Below, in pieces: positions 35,851-47,986 of a stretch of DNA of 64,000 nucleotides (position 1 is its first letter; every line of letters starts with the position of its first letter). Location: NCBI RefSeq assembly GCF_013122565.1, contig NZ_CP053258.1. One strand, 5' to 3'. The notes beneath the pieces were generated by a model. It ran no database searches and was not told the origin of the DNA. It worked only from the letters and a program-made list of their open reading frames with translations. Origin of the DNA: Escherichia coli (GTDB lineage: Bacteria; Pseudomonadota; Gammaproteobacteria; Enterobacterales; Enterobacteriaceae). Made by a program: the position numbers and the translations under genes.

Positions 35851-36663
35851 ATGGCTATCAAACTCATTGCTATCGATATGGATGGCACCCTTCTGCTGCC
35901 CGATCACACCATTTCACCCGCCGTTAAAAATGCGATTGCCGCAGCTCGCGCCCGTGGCGTAAATGTCGTGCTAACGACGGGTCGTCCGTATGCAGGTGTG
36001 CACAACTACCTGAAAGAGCTGCATATGGAACAGCCGGGCGACTACTGCATTACTTATAACGGCGCGCTGGTACAGAAGGCCGCTGATGGTAGCACCGTGG
36101 CGCAAACTGCTCTCAGCTATGACGACTACCGTTTCCTGGAAAAACTCTCTCGCGAAGTCGATTCTCATTTCCACGCACTGGACCGCACCACGCTGTACAC
36201 CGCCAACCGCGATATCAGCTACTACACGGTGCATGAATCCTTCGTTGCCACCATTCCGCTGGTGTTCTGCGAAGCGGAGAAAATGGACCCCAATACCCAG
36301 TTCCTGAAAGTGATGATGATTGATGAACCTGCCATCCTCGACCAGGCCATTGCGCGTATTCCACAGGAAGTGAAAGAGAAATATACCGTGCTGAAAAGTG
36401 CGCCGTACTTCCTCGAAATCCTCGATAAACGCGTTAACAAAGGTACAGGTGTGAAATCACTGGCCGATGTGCTGGGCATTAAGCCGGAAGAAATCATGGC
36501 GATTGGCGATCAGGAAAACGACATCGCAATGATTGAATATGCAGGCGTCGGTGTGGCGATGGATAACGCTATTCCTTCGGTGAAAGAAGTGGCGAACTTT
36601 GTCACCAAATCCAACCTTGAAGATGGTGTCGCGTTTGCTATTGAGAAGTATGTGCTGAATTAA
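35851..36663 (+). CDS. yidA: sugar phosphatase YidA (HAD, Cof-like)
   Basis: 270-aa ORF MAIKLIAIDMDGTLL. Confidence 0.9.
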   Translation: MAIKLIAIDMDGTLLLPDHTISPAVKNAIAAARARGVNVVLTTGRPYAGVHNYLKELHMEQPGDYCITYNGALVQKAADGSTVAQTALSYDDYRFLEKLSREVDSHFHALDRTTLYTANRDISYYTVHESFVATIPLVFCEAEKMDPNTQFLKVMMIDEPAILDQAIARIPQEVKEKYTVLKSAPYFLEILDKRVNKGTGVKSLADVLGIKPEEIMAIGDQENDIAMIEYAGVGVAMDNAIPSVKEVANFVTKSNLEDGVAFAIEKYVLN

Positions 36664-36708
36664 TCTATGGGCGGGCAAACTGCGTGAATGCGTTTGCCCG
36701 CTTACTGA

Positions 36709-37365
36709 TTATTGGTTTACTGCATATACAACCAGGAATTGCAGCGGTGCAGTGATAATGTCTAGCGTAACAGTCACTGGCAGTAATGCTGCGGAAACAC
36801 CATCCGGAATGCCTCTGGGTGAATGGTATTCATAAAATCGCACTTTAAATGGATGGTAGAAAGCCATTACGTTTGAGTAATCCATGTTTTTATTTTTCTC
36901 ATGGATAGTACCTTCCAGGTTTTCTACTGTCCGGGTACAGTGCTGAACACCACAAGCAAAACGATATTGTGTCACTCGTGCTTTTTCTTCTTCTGTGCTC
37001 CAGTTGTAATAGAGTGATATTGTGCCGGTAAATTTCTTTTTCCCCGCATTTAAAACAAATCTTGCGTCATCGGCAACCTGAATATTGTGCCGGTTAAGTG
37101 CTGGATCATTGAGCATCTTAACGATGTCATCGGCACCATCAGTGATAAGGTAATCCAGCGATTCCCCTACAAAAACATAGCCTTTTGTTCCATTACTATC
37201 TTTTGCCTGCGATAGCCCGGTGATGGTGTCTGACTGCGATTGATACTTTCCTGAAGTACCCTTTGCGGTATGGGAAACCAGAGCATACGAGATACAGCCT
37301 GAAAGCATCAGCGCCAGTGGGAATAAACTGGCAGCCTTAAAAAATCTCTTAAAATTCAACTTCAT
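36709..37365 (-). CDS. yidX: lipoprotein YidX
   Basis: ORF track 36709..37482; probable start [24 protein letters not shown] (lipobox). Confidence 0.75.
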   Translation of the reverse strand: MKLNFKRFFKAASLFPLALMLSGCISYALVSHTAKGTSGKYQSQSDTITGLSQAKDSNGTKGYVFVGESLDYLITDGADDIVKMLNDPALNRHNIQVADDARFVLNAGKKKFTGTISLYYNWSTEEEKARVTQYRFACGVQHCTRTVENLEGTIHEKNKNMDYSNVMAFYHPFKVRFYEYHSPRGIPDGVSAALLPVTVTLDIITAPLQFLVVYAVNQ

Positions 37366-37642
37366 GATTAATCCTTTAAACGAGTAGCTAAGCCGTTGAA
37401 AGCATACTCTTCTTTCCCTCCTGTTTAGCGCCTGTTCTCCCTTTTCAGATTTCTGCCCGACGCATGTCATTTTTTTATGCATTGTTCTTTTTGTGATCTA
37501 AATTGTAGTACAACAATATAAGTTTGTACTACATTACACGCACGGCAAACGCGAACGTCATCACGCTGGTACTACAAAGTTGCCGCGTTATGCATCGATC
37601 GGGGTAAAGTAGAGAAGAACATACAGAGCACAAGGACTCTCC

Positions 37643-38332
37643 ATGACTCTCAATAAAACCGATCGCATTGTCATTACGCTGGGTAAACAGATCGTTCACG
37701 GCAAATACGTACCAGGCTCTCCACTTCCGGCTGAGGCGGAGCTCTGTGAAGAGTTTGCAACCTCGCGCAACATCATCCGTGAGGTGTTCCGTTCGCTGAT
37801 GGCGAAGCGGCTGATTGAAATGAAACGTTATCGCGGCGCGTTTGTGGCACCGCGTAACCAGTGGAATTACCTCGACACTGACGTACTGCAATGGGTGCTG
37901 GAAAACGACTATGACCCACGGCTTATCAGTGCCATGAGCGAAGTGCGAAATCTGGTGGAACCGGCGATTGCCCGTTGGGCAGCAGAGCGCGCGACTTCCA
38001 GCGATCTGGCGCAGATTGAATCGGCGCTGAACGAGATGATTGCCAACAATCAGGACCGCGAAGCGTTTAACGAAGCGGATATTCGCTACCACGAGGCGGT
38101 GCTGCAGTCGGTACATAACCCGGTGTTACAGCAACTTAGCATTGCGATCAGTTCGTTGCAGCGGGCGGTTTTTGAACGAACCTGGATGGGCGATGAGGCC
38201 AACATGCCGCAAACGCTCCAGGAACATAAGGCGCTGTTCGATGCAATACGGCATCAGGACGGTGATGCGGCAGAGCAGGCGGCGCTTACCATGATCGCCA
38301 GCTCGACACGAAGGTTAAAGGAAATCACATGA
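37643..38332 (+). CDS. dgoR: GntR/FadR-family regulator of galactonate catabolism
   Basis: 229-aa ORF with N-terminal HTH; first gene of the dgo cluster. Confidence 0.9.
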   Translation: MTLNKTDRIVITLGKQIVHGKYVPGSPLPAEAELCEEFATSRNIIREVFRSLMAKRLIEMKRYRGAFVAPRNQWNYLDTDVLQWVLENDYDPRLISAMSEVRNLVEPAIARWAAERATSSDLAQIESALNEMIANNQDREAFNEADIRYHEAVLQSVHNPVLQQLSIAISSLQRAVFERTWMGDEANMPQTLQEHKALFDAIRHQDGDAAEQAALTMIASSTRRLKEIT

Positions 38333-39207
38333 CAGCTCGCTACATCGCAATTGACTGGGGATCGACCAATCTGCGCGCCTGGCTTTATCAGGGCGACCAC
38401 TGCCTGGACAGCAGGCAATCAGAAGCAGGCGTCACGCGCCTGAACGGAAAATCTCCGGCTGCGGTGTTAGCAGAAGCCACGACCGACTGGCGTGAAGAGA
38501 ATACGCCAGTGGTGATGGCAGGAATGGTCGGCAGTAATGTCGGCTGGAAAGTTGCACCGTATTTATCTGTTCCTGCCCGTTTTTCGTCTATTGGCGAACA
38601 ATTAACGTCAGTTGGCGACAATATCTGGATTATTCCCGGATTATGCGTCTCTCATGATGATAACCACAATGTGATGCGCGGCGAAGAAACACAATTGATC
38701 GGCGCGCGTGCTCTCGCTCCTTCCTCTCTTTATGTTATGCCCGGAACCCATTGCAAATGGGTGCAGGCCGATAGCCAGCAAATCAACGATTTTCGCACCG
38801 TGATGACCGGTGAATTACATCATTTACTGTTAAATCACTCATTGATTGGCGCAGGTTTGCCGCCGCAGGAAAACTCTGCCGATGCCTTCGCGGCTGGCCT
38901 TGAGCGCGGCCTTAATGCGCCCGCCATATTGCCGCATCTTTTTGAAGTTCGCGCCTCGCATGTGCTGGGAACACTTCCCCGCGAACAGGTCAGCGAATTT
39001 CTCTCTGGTTTGTTGATTGGCGCAGAGGTTGCCAGTATGCGCGACTATGTGGCCCATCAACACGCCATCACCCTTGTCGCCGGAACATCGCTGACCGCGC
39101 GCTACCAGCAAGCCTTTCAGGCGATGGGTTGCGACGTGGCGGCGGTGGCGGGCGACACGGCATTTCAGGCTGGTATAAGGAGCATCGCTCATGCAGTGGC
39201 AAACTAA
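38329..39207 (+). CDS. dgoK: 2-dehydro-3-deoxygalactonokinase
   Basis: 292-aa ORF overlapping the dgoR stop; conserved operon order. Confidence 0.9.
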   Translation: MTARYIAIDWGSTNLRAWLYQGDHCLDSRQSEAGVTRLNGKSPAAVLAEATTDWREENTPVVMAGMVGSNVGWKVAPYLSVPARFSSIGEQLTSVGDNIWIIPGLCVSHDDNHNVMRGEETQLIGARALAPSSLYVMPGTHCKWVQADSQQINDFRTVMTGELHHLLLNHSLIGAGLPPQENSADAFAAGLERGLNAPAILPHLFEVRASHVLGTLPREQVSEFLSGLLIGAEVASMRDYVAHQHAITLVAGTSLTARYQQAFQAMGCDVAAVAGDTAFQAGIRSIAHAVAN

Positions 39208-39808
39208 ACTCCCGCTGATCGCCATTTTGCGCGGCATTACGCCCGACGAGGCGCTGGCGCATGTTGGCGCGGTGATTGACGCCGGGTTCGACGCGGTTGA
39301 AATCCCGCTGAATTCCCCACAATGGGAGCAAAGCATTCCCGCCATCGTTGATGCGTACGGCGACAAGGCGTTGATTGGCGCAGGTACGGTACTGAAACCT
39401 GAACAGGTCGATGCGCTCGCCAGGATGGGCTGCCAGCTCATCGTTACGCCCAATATCCATAGTGAAGTGATCCGCCGCGCGGTGGGCTACGGCATGACCG
39501 TTTGCCCCGGCTGCGCGACGGCGACCGAAGCCTTTACCGCGCTCGAAGCGGGCGCGCAGGCGCTGAAAATATTTCCGTCATCGGCTTTTGGTCCGCAATA
39601 CATCAAAGCATTAAAAGCGGTATTACCACCGGACATCGCAGTCTTTGCCGTTGGCGGCGTGACGCCAGAAAACCTGGCGCAGTGGATAGACGCAGGTTGT
39701 GCTGGGGCGGGCTTAGGCAGCGATCTCTATCGCGCCGGGCAGTCCGTAGAACGTACCGCGCAGCAGGCAGCAGCATTTGTTAAGGCGTATCGAGAGGCAG
39801 TGCAATGA
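39191..39808 (+). CDS. dgoA: 2-dehydro-3-deoxy-6-phosphogalactonate aldolase
   Basis: 205-aa ORF, KDPG-aldolase-like. Confidence 0.9.
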   Translation: MQWQTKLPLIAILRGITPDEALAHVGAVIDAGFDAVEIPLNSPQWEQSIPAIVDAYGDKALIGAGTVLKPEQVDALARMGCQLIVTPNIHSEVIRRAVGYGMTVCPGCATATEAFTALEAGAQALKIFPSSAFGPQYIKALKAVLPPDIAVFAVGGVTPENLAQWIDAGCAGAGLGSDLYRAGQSVERTAQQAAAFVKAYREAVQ

Positions 39809-40953
39809 AAATCACCAAAATTACCACGTATCGTTTACCTCCCCGCTGGATGTTCCTGAAAATTGAAACCGATGAAGGCGTGGTCGGCTGGGGCGAGCCA
39901 GTGATTGAAGGCCGTGCCCGCACGGTGGAAGCGGCAGTTCACGAACTGAGCGACTATTTGATTGGTCAGGATCCATCGCGCATCAACGACTTATGGCAAG
40001 TGATGTATCGCGCCGGATTTTATCGTGGCGGTCCAATCCTGATGAGCGCCATCGCCGGGATCGACCAGGCGTTATGGGATATCAAAGGCAAAGTGCTGAA
40101 TGCGCCGGTCTGGCAACTGATGGGCGGCCTGGTTCGCGACAAAATTAAAGCCTACAGTTGGGTCGGCGGCGATCGTCCGGCGGATGTTATCGACGGCATT
40201 AAAACGCTACGCGAAATCGGCTTCAATACCTTTAAACTGAACGGTTGTGAAGAACTGGGGCTCATTGATAACTCCCGCGCGGTAGATGCGGCAGTCAGCA
40301 CTGTGGCACAAATTCGTGAAGCTTTTGGCAATCAGATTGAGTTTGGTCTTGATTTCCACGGTCGCGTCAGCGCGCCGATGGCGAAAGTGCTGATTAAAGA
40401 ACTGGAGCCGTATCGCCCACTGTTTATTGAAGAGCCGGTGCTGGCGGAACAGGCCGAATACTACCCGAAACTGGCGGCACAAACGCATATTCCGCTGGCG
40501 GCGGGTGAGCGCATGTTCTCACGCTTCGATTTTAAACGCGTGCTGGAGGCAGGCGGTATTTCGATTCTGCAACCGGATCTCTCCCACGCAGGCGGTATTA
40601 CCGAATGCTACAAAATTGCCGGAATGGCAGAAGCCTATGACGTGACCCTTGCGCCGCATTGTCCGCTCGGCCCAATAGCACTGGCGGCTTGCCTGCATAT
40701 CGACTTTGTTTCCTATAACGCCGTACTTCAGGAACAAAGTATGGGAATTCATTACAACAAAGGCGCGGAGTTACTCGACTTTGTGAAAAACAAAGAAGAC
40801 TTCAGCATGGTCGGCGGCTTCTTTAAACCGCTAACGAAACCGGGCTTAGGCGTGGAAATCGACGAAGCTAAAGTTATTGAGTTCAGTAAAAATGCCCCGG
40901 ACTGGCGTAATCCGCTCTGGCGTCATGAAGATAACAGCGTAGCAGAGTGGTAA
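39805..40953 (+). CDS. dgoD: D-galactonate dehydratase
   Basis: 382-aa [35 protein letters not shown], enolase superfamily. Confidence 0.92.
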   Translation: MKITKITTYRLPPRWMFLKIETDEGVVGWGEPVIEGRARTVEAAVHELSDYLIGQDPSRINDLWQVMYRAGFYRGGPILMSAIAGIDQALWDIKGKVLNAPVWQLMGGLVRDKIKAYSWVGGDRPADVIDGIKTLREIGFNTFKLNGCEELGLIDNSRAVDAAVSTVAQIREAFGNQIEFGLDFHGRVSAPMAKVLIKELEPYRPLFIEEPVLAEQAEYYPKLAAQTHIPLAAGERMFSRFDFKRVLEAGGISILQPDLSHAGGITECYKIAGMAEAYDVTLAPHCPLGPIALAACLHIDFVSYNAVLQEQSMGIHYNKGAELLDFVKNKEDFSMVGGFFKPLTKPGLGVEIDEAKVIEFSKNAPDWRNPLWRHEDNSVAEW

Positions 40954-41072
40954 TTCCTGCCACGTAAGCCCCTCATCGGGCACTAAAACAGCAATACAAA
41001 AATATAACCCTCTGTAAATTACAGGGCATGGTGAGCGGCTTCGCTATGCCCAAAATCTGGAGAAAGCTCGCT

Positions 41073-42365
41073 ATGGATATTCCCGTTAATGCAGCAAAGC
41101 CGGGGCGTCGGCGTTATCTGACGCTGGTGATGATCTTTATTACGGTGGTCATTTGTTATGTTGACCGCGCTAACCTGGCCGTGGCTTCCGCCCATATTCA
41201 GGAAGAGTTCGGTATTACGAAAGCGGAAATGGGCTATGTATTTTCGGCCTTCGCCTGGCTTTATACGCTATGTCAGATCCCCGGCGGTTGGTTTTTAGAT
41301 CGCGTAGGTTCACGCGTGACTTATTTTATTGCGATATTTGGCTGGTCAGTGGCGACTTTATTCCAGGGCTTTGCCACGGGATTAATGTCATTAATTGGTC
41401 TGCGCGCGATAACCGGTATTTTCGAAGCGCCCGCTTTCCCGACCAATAACCGGATGGTGACCAGCTGGTTCCCGGAACATGAACGCGCTTCCGCCGTTGG
41501 TTTTTATACGTCTGGTCAGTTTGTCGGTCTGGCGTTTTTGACTCCGCTGCTGATCTGGATTCAGGAAATGTTGAGCTGGCACTGGGTGTTCATTGTCACC
41601 GGTGGTATCGGCATTATCTGGTCGCTGATTTGGTTTAAGGTTTATCAGCCGCCGCGCCTGACCAAAGGCATCAGCAAAGCTGAACTGGATTACATTCGTG
41701 ATGGCGGCGGTCTGGTGGATGGTGATGCGCCGGTGAAAAAAGAGGCACGTCAGCCGTTAACAGCCAAAGACTGGAAACTGGTGTTCCATCGTAAACTGAT
41801 CGGCGTCTATCTTGGGCAATTTGCGGTGGCTTCTACACTGTGGTTTTTCTTAACCTGGTTCCCGAACTATTTAACCCAGGAAAAAGGAATCACGGCGCTG
41901 AAAGCAGGCTTTATGACCACGGTGCCATTCCTCGCGGCGTTTGTCGGCGTCCTGCTCTCTGGCTGGGTCGCGGATCTGCTGGTACGTAAGGGCTTTTCAC
42001 TGGGCTTTGCGCGTAAAACGCCGATTATCTGCGGCTTGCTGATCTCCACCTGCATTATGGGCGCTAACTACACCAATGACCCGATGATGATTATGTGCCT
42101 GATGGCGCTGGCATTCTTCGGCAACGGTTTTGCTTCGATTACCTGGTCGCTGGTCTCTTCTCTGGCACCGATGCGCCTGATTGGTTTAACCGGCGGCGTG
42201 TTTAACTTCGCCGGTGGTCTGGGCGGCATCACCGTTCCGCTGGTGGTGGGGTACCTGGCGCAGGGTTACGGTTTCGCACCTGCACTGGTTTATATCTCCG
42301 CCGTCGCGTTGATTGGCGCGCTCTCTTACATCCTGCTGGTGGGTGATGTGAAGCGCGTTGGATAA
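41073..42365 (+). CDS. dgoT: D-galactonate MFS transporter
   Basis: ORF track 41028..42365; probable start [16 protein letters not shown]. Confidence 0.88.
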
Positions 42366-42533
42366 TCTTTCAACTGTGGAATATGCGCCACACCACTGCG
42401 CATAATCCACTTTCTTAAAGCCGGTGCGGTCAGGCATCGGCTTTTTACTATCTTGCCGAAGAGTTTTAAATGCAGTTTGCTCATTGCCACGTCGAAATGT
42501 TCCATCCTGGTGTTCTGAAAAAGTAATACGACG

Positions 42534-43211
42534 TCAATCAAACGAATCCCCAGCTTCTGCATCATATGCCATTAAAAACAATGCGCTGCATTCTCTCGAA
42601 TCACACCCCCAGGCGATGCTTTCATGCTTTTTGTTGAACCAGACGGCCGTCGCGGCGGCGTTGATGCTGAAATTCCACTTTTTACCGTCGCTTTTAAGTA
42701 CCCCCTCAACCGTGCAGGGTAAAGAGTAGTAACCATCGCCGGGTAAATAGGCGCCCGGATATTTCGCGCTATTTTCGAAGATGAATTTAATGTCTTCTTT
42801 CGTGAGCTGTTGCTGCCACTCTTTGCACTCATTGGCGGGCAATGTAACGTTCTCTGTACTGGCGGGCCTCACGACTTTAAGAATTTCGATTTTTTCCAGC
42901 GGTGCGGTGGCGACAGTTACACTCCATCCTTTTTGGTCCGGGGCCGTCGATTTTGCGCAACTGACCTTGACCGCATCGTTCTCCCCCTTGCTGTTCTTCA
43001 CCCACGTTGAAACGAGAGGAACCGCGCAGCGTGAACTCACGGCATCGTAGGGGACTTCCAGGCCACGGCGTTTAACCGGTGTTTTTTCGGCCTGTTCGTG
43101 GAGAAATCGTTTGGATTCGCTGTTAACGTCGTACCACGCCTGCAATGGATGTGTGCCATGACCCCAGGCAGAACTCACCATAAGCGTAAGCAATAAACAT
43201 TGAGACTTCAT
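42534..43211 (-). CDS. hypothetical secreted protein (signal peptide), unknown family
   Basis: 225-aa [22 protein letters not shown]..., several Cys; sits where I expected cbrA from my recollection of the K-12 gene order. Confidence 0.6.
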   Translation of the reverse strand: MKSQCLLLTLMVSSAWGHGTHPLQAWYDVNSESKRFLHEQAEKTPVKRRGLEVPYDAVSSRCAVPLVSTWVKNSKGENDAVKVSCAKSTAPDQKGWSVTVATAPLEKIEILKVVRPASTENVTLPANECKEWQQQLTKEDIKFIFENSAKYPGAYLPGDGYYSLPCTVEGVLKSDGKKWNFSINAAATAVWFNKKHESIAWGCDSRECSALFLMAYDAEAGDSFD

Positions 43212-43321
43212 CTGTCTATTTCCCTATAGATATGTGAATTTTAAGAATACTATCTCATGCTGATATCCGAGAGAAAGTGTGCTGTACTAGCCAACTCCGA
43301 TGGGCTTGTCAGGACCGCGCC

Positions 43322-44536
43322 ATGAAACAGATAACCTTTGCTCCCCGTAATCACCTGCTCACCAATACCAACACCTGGACGCCCGACAGCCAGTGGCTGG
43401 TGTTTGATGTCCGCCCCTCCGGCGCGTCGTTTACCGGCGAAACTATTGAGCGTGTGAATATCCATACCGGTGAGGTCGAGGTTATCTATCGCGCGTCACA
43501 GGGCGCACACGTCGGCGTGGTGACCGTTCATCCGAAGTCAGATAAATATGTCTTTATTCACGGCCCTGAAAATCCTGATGAAACATGGCATTACGATTTC
43601 CATCATCGACGCGGAGTCATTGCTGAAGGCGGCAAGGTGAGCAATCTCGATGCAATGGATATTACCGCGCCGTACACCCCAGGAGCGCTGCGCGGCGGCA
43701 GCCATGTGCATGTCTTTAGCCCGAACGGTGAAAGGGTGAGCTTTACCTATAACGACCATGTAATGCATGAACTCGATCCGGCGCTGGATTTGCGAAACGT
43801 CGGTGTTGCTGCGCCGTTTGGCCCGGTCAACGTACAAAAGCAGCATCCGCGTGAATACAGCGGTAGCCACTGGTGCGTGCTGGTGAGCAAAACCACGCCC
43901 ACGCCGCAGCCGGGCAGCGATGAAATCAATCGTGCTTATGAAGAAGGATGGGTAGGAAATCACGCGCTGGCGTTTATTGGCGACACACTTTCGCCAAAGG
44001 GCGAGAAAGTGCCGGAGCTGTTTATCGTTGAGTTACCGCAAGATGAAGCTGGCTGGAAAGCGGCAGGTGATGCGCCGTTAAGTGGAACGGAAACCACCCT
44101 GCCCGCGCCACCGCGCGGCGTCGTGCAGCGACGTTTAACCTTTACCCACCATCGGGCTTATCCGGGGTTAGTCAACGTCCCGCGCCACTGGGTGCGCTGT
44201 AATCCGCAGGGTACGCAAATCGCGTTTTTAATGCGTGATGATAACGGCATTGTGCAACTGTGGCTTATCTCGCCACAGGGCGGCGAGCCGCACCAGTTAA
44301 CCCATAACAAAACGGATATTCAGTCTGCATTTAACTGGCATCCATCAGGAGAATGGTTGGGCTTTGTGCTGGATAATCGAATTGCTTGTGCCCATGCGCA
44401 AAGCGGCGAGGTTGAGTATTTAACCGAAAACCACGCCAATCCACCTTCTGCGGACGCCGTAGTCTTCTCGCCGGATGGTCAATGGCTGGCGTGGATGGAA
44501 GGCGGCCAGCTGTGGATCACCGAAACTGATCGCTAA
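43322..44536 (+). CDS. yidR: YidR (beta-propeller/TolB-like protein)
   Basis: ORF track 43277..44536 (GTG); probable ATG start MKQITFAPRNHLLTNTNTW; start uncertain. Confidence 0.8.
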   Translation: MKQITFAPRNHLLTNTNTWTPDSQWLVFDVRPSGASFTGETIERVNIHTGEVEVIYRASQGAHVGVVTVHPKSDKYVFIHGPENPDETWHYDFHHRRGVIAEGGKVSNLDAMDITAPYTPGALRGGSHVHVFSPNGERVSFTYNDHVMHELDPALDLRNVGVAAPFGPVNVQKQHPREYSGSHWCVLVSKTTPTPQPGSDEINRAYEEGWVGNHALAFIGDTLSPKGEKVPELFIVELPQDEAGWKAAGDAPLSGTETTLPAPPRGVVQRRLTFTHHRAYPGLVNVPRHWVRCNPQGTQIAFLMRDDNGIVQLWLISPQGGEPHQLTHNKTDIQSAFNWHPSGEWLGFVLDNRIACAHAQSGEVEYLTENHANPPSADAVVFSPDGQWLAWMEGGQLWITETDR

Positions 44537-44537
44537 A

Positions 44538-44870
44538 TCAGTTATCAGGCATTCTGGCCGGTGGAATAACCGCATTGGTGGCTTGCGCGTTGGCTTCGCT
44601 TTTTTCAACGCGTGAGCGCACCGAGCTGTCTTTGCGGAACACATCCCACGGTAATAAAAGCGTGTCCATCACAGCGGTAAACGGCATATCGAGAATCGCC
44701 AGCGACTTAGTGCCCCAGTTGGTTTCATCATCGCCAATCATGGTGGCGCTGGCGCGGGTGCCGGGATACGTTCCTTCTTTCCCCCCGGTATGGGACATCA
44801 CGCTGGAGCATCCTCCGAGTAATGTCATTCCGCTGCATATCATGAACGCTAACAACACATTTCTTATCAT
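44538..44870 (-). CDS. yidQ: outer-membrane lipoprotein YidQ
   Basis: ORF track 44538..44945; start MIRNVLLAFMICSGMTLLGGCSS (lipobox). Confidence 0.8.
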   Translation of the reverse strand: MIRNVLLAFMICSGMTLLGGCSSVMSHTGGKEGTYPGTRASATMIGDDETNWGTKSLAILDMPFTAVMDTLLLPWDVFRKDSSVRSRVEKSEANAQATNAVIPPARMPDN

Positions 44871-45044
44871 AATAAATTCATCTGTTGATCGTGGGTGTTG
44901 GCCTGATGAGTTATAGCGATCCCTTGCTGAAAATAACATCATCATTACGTCGCTCTGTGGCGGCTATCGCACTTTAACGTTTCGTGCTGCCCCCTCAGTC
45001 TATGCAATAGACCATAAACTGCAAAAAAAAGTCCGCTGATAAGG

Positions 45045-45073
45045 CTTGAAAAGTTCATTTCCAGACCCATTTT
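45045..45073 (+). promoter_or_regulatory. sigma-32 heat-shock promoter of ibpAB
   Basis: cttgaaa -35 and cccatttt -10 separated by about 14 bp, matching the sigma-32 consensus; the long 5' leader is consistent with the known RNA-thermometer region. Confidence 0.7.
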
Positions 45074-45175
45074 TACATCGTAGCCGATGAGGACGCGCCT
45101 GATGGGTGTTCTGGCTACCTGACCTGTCCATTGTGGAAGGTCTTACATTCTCGCTGATTTCAGGAGCTATTGATT

Positions 45176-45589
45176 ATGCGTAACTTTGATTTATCCCCGC
45201 TTTACCGTTCTGCTATTGGATTTGACCGTTTGTTTAACCACTTAGAAAACAACCAGAGCCAGAGTAATGGCGGCTACCCTCCGTATAACGTTGAACTGGT
45301 AGACGAAAACCATTACCGCATTGCTATCGCTGTGGCTGGTTTTGCTGAGAGCGAACTGGAAATTACCGCCCAGGATAATCTGCTGGTGGTGAAAGGTGCT
45401 CACGCCGACGAACAAAAAGAGCGCACCTATCTGTACCAGGGCATCGCTGAACGCAACTTTGAACGCAAATTCCAGTTAGCTGAGAACATTCATGTTCGTG
45501 GTGCTAACCTGGTGAATGGTTTGCTGTATATCGATCTCGAACGCGTGATTCCGGAAGCGAAAAAACCGCGCCGTATCGAAATCAACTAA
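45176..45589 (+). CDS. ibpA: small heat-shock protein IbpA
   Basis: [29 protein letters not shown]..., 137 aa, alpha-crystallin domain. Confidence 0.95.
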
Positions 45590-45700
45590 TTCCCTAAGGC
45601 CGCCTGGCGCGGCCTGACATCTCCATGCTCGCCGTCAGGGAGCATATGCGAATCTTCGGATTTGCAGGTACTTACTCGCTTCTTAGAAGGAGAAATGACT

Positions 45701-46129
45701 ATGCGTAACTTCGATTTATCCCCACTGATGCGTCAATGGATCGGTTTTGACAAACTGGCCAACGCACTGCAAAACGCCGGTGAAAGCCAGAGCTTCCCGC
45801 CGTACAACATTGAGAAAAGCGACGATAACCACTACCGCATTACCCTTGCGCTGGCAGGTTTCCGTCAGGAAGATTTAGAGATTCAACTGGAAGGTACGCG
45901 CCTGAGCGTAAAAGGCACGCCGGAGCAGCCAAAAGAAGAGAAAAAATGGCTGCATCAGGGCCTTATGAATCAACCATTTAGCCTGAGCTTTACGTTGGCT
46001 GAAAATATGGAAGTCTCTGGCGCAACCTTCGTAAACGGTTTACTGCATATTGATTTAATTCGTAATGAGCCTGAACCCATCGCAGCGCAGCGTATCGCTA
46101 TCAGCGAACGTCCCGCGTTAAATAGCTAA
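45701..46129 (+). CDS. ibpB: small heat-shock protein IbpB
   Basis: [27 protein letters not shown]..., 142 aa. Confidence 0.95.
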
Positions 46130-46144
46130 CTAGCTATTCTCTTT

Positions 46145-46172
46145 GCCCCGCCATTCTGGTGGGGCTTTTTTT
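46145..46172 (+). terminator. intrinsic terminator after ibpB
   Basis: gccccgccattctggtggggcttttttt. Confidence 0.6.
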
Positions 46173-46324
46173 GTCTTACTTACTCAACAATGCGTTAAAT
46201 TTCGACTGTTTAAGATATTTCGGCACGTTCTTTCCCGTGATAATGTGCGCTATAAGGCAAATCTGCTTCACCGATTCAGCCATAATCCGTAGCAATTAAA
46301 ATGTTATCTCAAGAGAAATGGACG

Positions 46325-47986
46325 ATGAGTGATATAGCATTAACGGTCAGTATTCTGGCTTTGGTGGCAGTCGTCGGTTTGTTTATCGGCAACGTCAAAT
46401 TTCGCGGCATAGGATTAGGTATTGGCGGCGTGCTGTTTGGTGGGATCATCGTCGGCCATTTTGTTTCTCAGGCGGGGATGACATTAAGTAGCGATATGCT
46501 GCATGTTATTCAGGAATTTGGCCTGATCCTGTTCGTTTATACTATCGGGATTCAGGTAGGGCCGGGCTTCTTTGCCTCATTGCGCGTCTCCGGATTACGC
46601 CTCAACCTGTTTGCTGTTCTGATCGTCATCATCGGTGGTCTGGTTACCGCCATCCTGCATAAACTGTTTGATATTCCACTGCCGGTAGTGCTGGGGATTT
46701 TCTCCGGTGCGGTAACCAATACGCCAGCGCTGGGGGCAGGGCAGCAGATCTTGCGCGACCTGGGTACACCAATGGAAATGGTCGATCAGATGGGGATGAG
46801 TTACGCGATGGCGTATCCATTCGGCATTTGCGGGATATTGTTCACCATGTGGATGTTGCGGGTTATTTTCCGCGTCAATGTCGAGACAGAAGCCCAGCAG
46901 CACGAGTCTTCACGCACCAATGGCGGCGCGCTGATCAGGACTATCAATATTCGCGTTGAGAACCCTAACCTGCATGATTTAGCCATTAAAGATGTACCGA
47001 TTCTCAACGGCGACAAAATTATCTGCTCGCGTCTGAAACGCGAAGAAACCCTAAAAGTTCCTTCGCCAGATACCATTATCCAACTGGGCGATTTGCTGCA
47101 TCTGGTGGGTCAGCCAGCGGATTTACATAATGCGCAACTGGTGATTGGTCAGGAGGTCGATACTTCGCTGTCCACGAAAGGCACTGATTTGCGCGTCGAG
47201 CGTGTGGTGGTCACCAATGAAAACGTGCTTGGTAAGCGTATTCGCGACCTGCATTTTAAAGAACGCTATGACGTTGTTATCTCGCGCCTGAACCGTGCCG
47301 GGGTCGAACTGGTCGCCAGTGGCGATATCAGCCTGCAGTTCGGCGATATTCTCAACCTGGTGGGGCGTCCGTCCGCAATTGATGCCGTTGCCAATGTGCT
47401 GGGAAATGCGCAGCAAAAACTGCAACAGGTTCAGATGCTGCCAGTGTTTATTGGCATCGGGCTTGGCGTATTGTTAGGTTCTATTCCCGTCTTTGTGCCT
47501 GGGTTCCCGGCCGCGTTGAAACTGGGGCTGGCGGGCGGTCCGCTGATTATGGCGTTGATCCTCGGGCGTATCGGCAGTATCGGCAAGCTGTACTGGTTTA
47601 TGCCGCCAAGCGCCAACCTCGCGCTGCGGGAACTGGGGATCGTGCTGTTCCTCTCGGTCGTTGGTCTGAAATCTGGTGGGGATTTTGTGAATACCCTGGT
47701 CAATGGCGAAGGGCTAAGCTGGATTGGTTATGGTGCCCTGATCACCGCCGTTCCGCTGATTACTGTTGGCATTCTGGCGCGGATGTTAGCCAAAATGAAT
47801 TACCTGACCATGTGCGGGATGCTGGCTGGCTCCATGACCGATCCTCCGGCGCTGGCGTTTGCTAATAATCTTCATCCAACCAGCGGTGCGGCGGCGCTCT
47901 CTTACGCCACTGTCTATCCGTTAGTGATGTTCCTGCGCATTATCACCCCCCAATTACTGGCGGTGCTCTTCTGGAGTATCGGTTAA
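46325..47986 (+). CDS. yidE: AAE-family transporter YidE (two TrkA-C domains)
   Basis: ORF track 46301..47986; start [16 protein letters not shown]; 553 aa. Confidence 0.88.

Noticed and set aside
38839-39453. 204-aa and 130-aa minus-strand ORFs
   Set aside because: Antisense within dgoK and dgoA; shadow ORFs.
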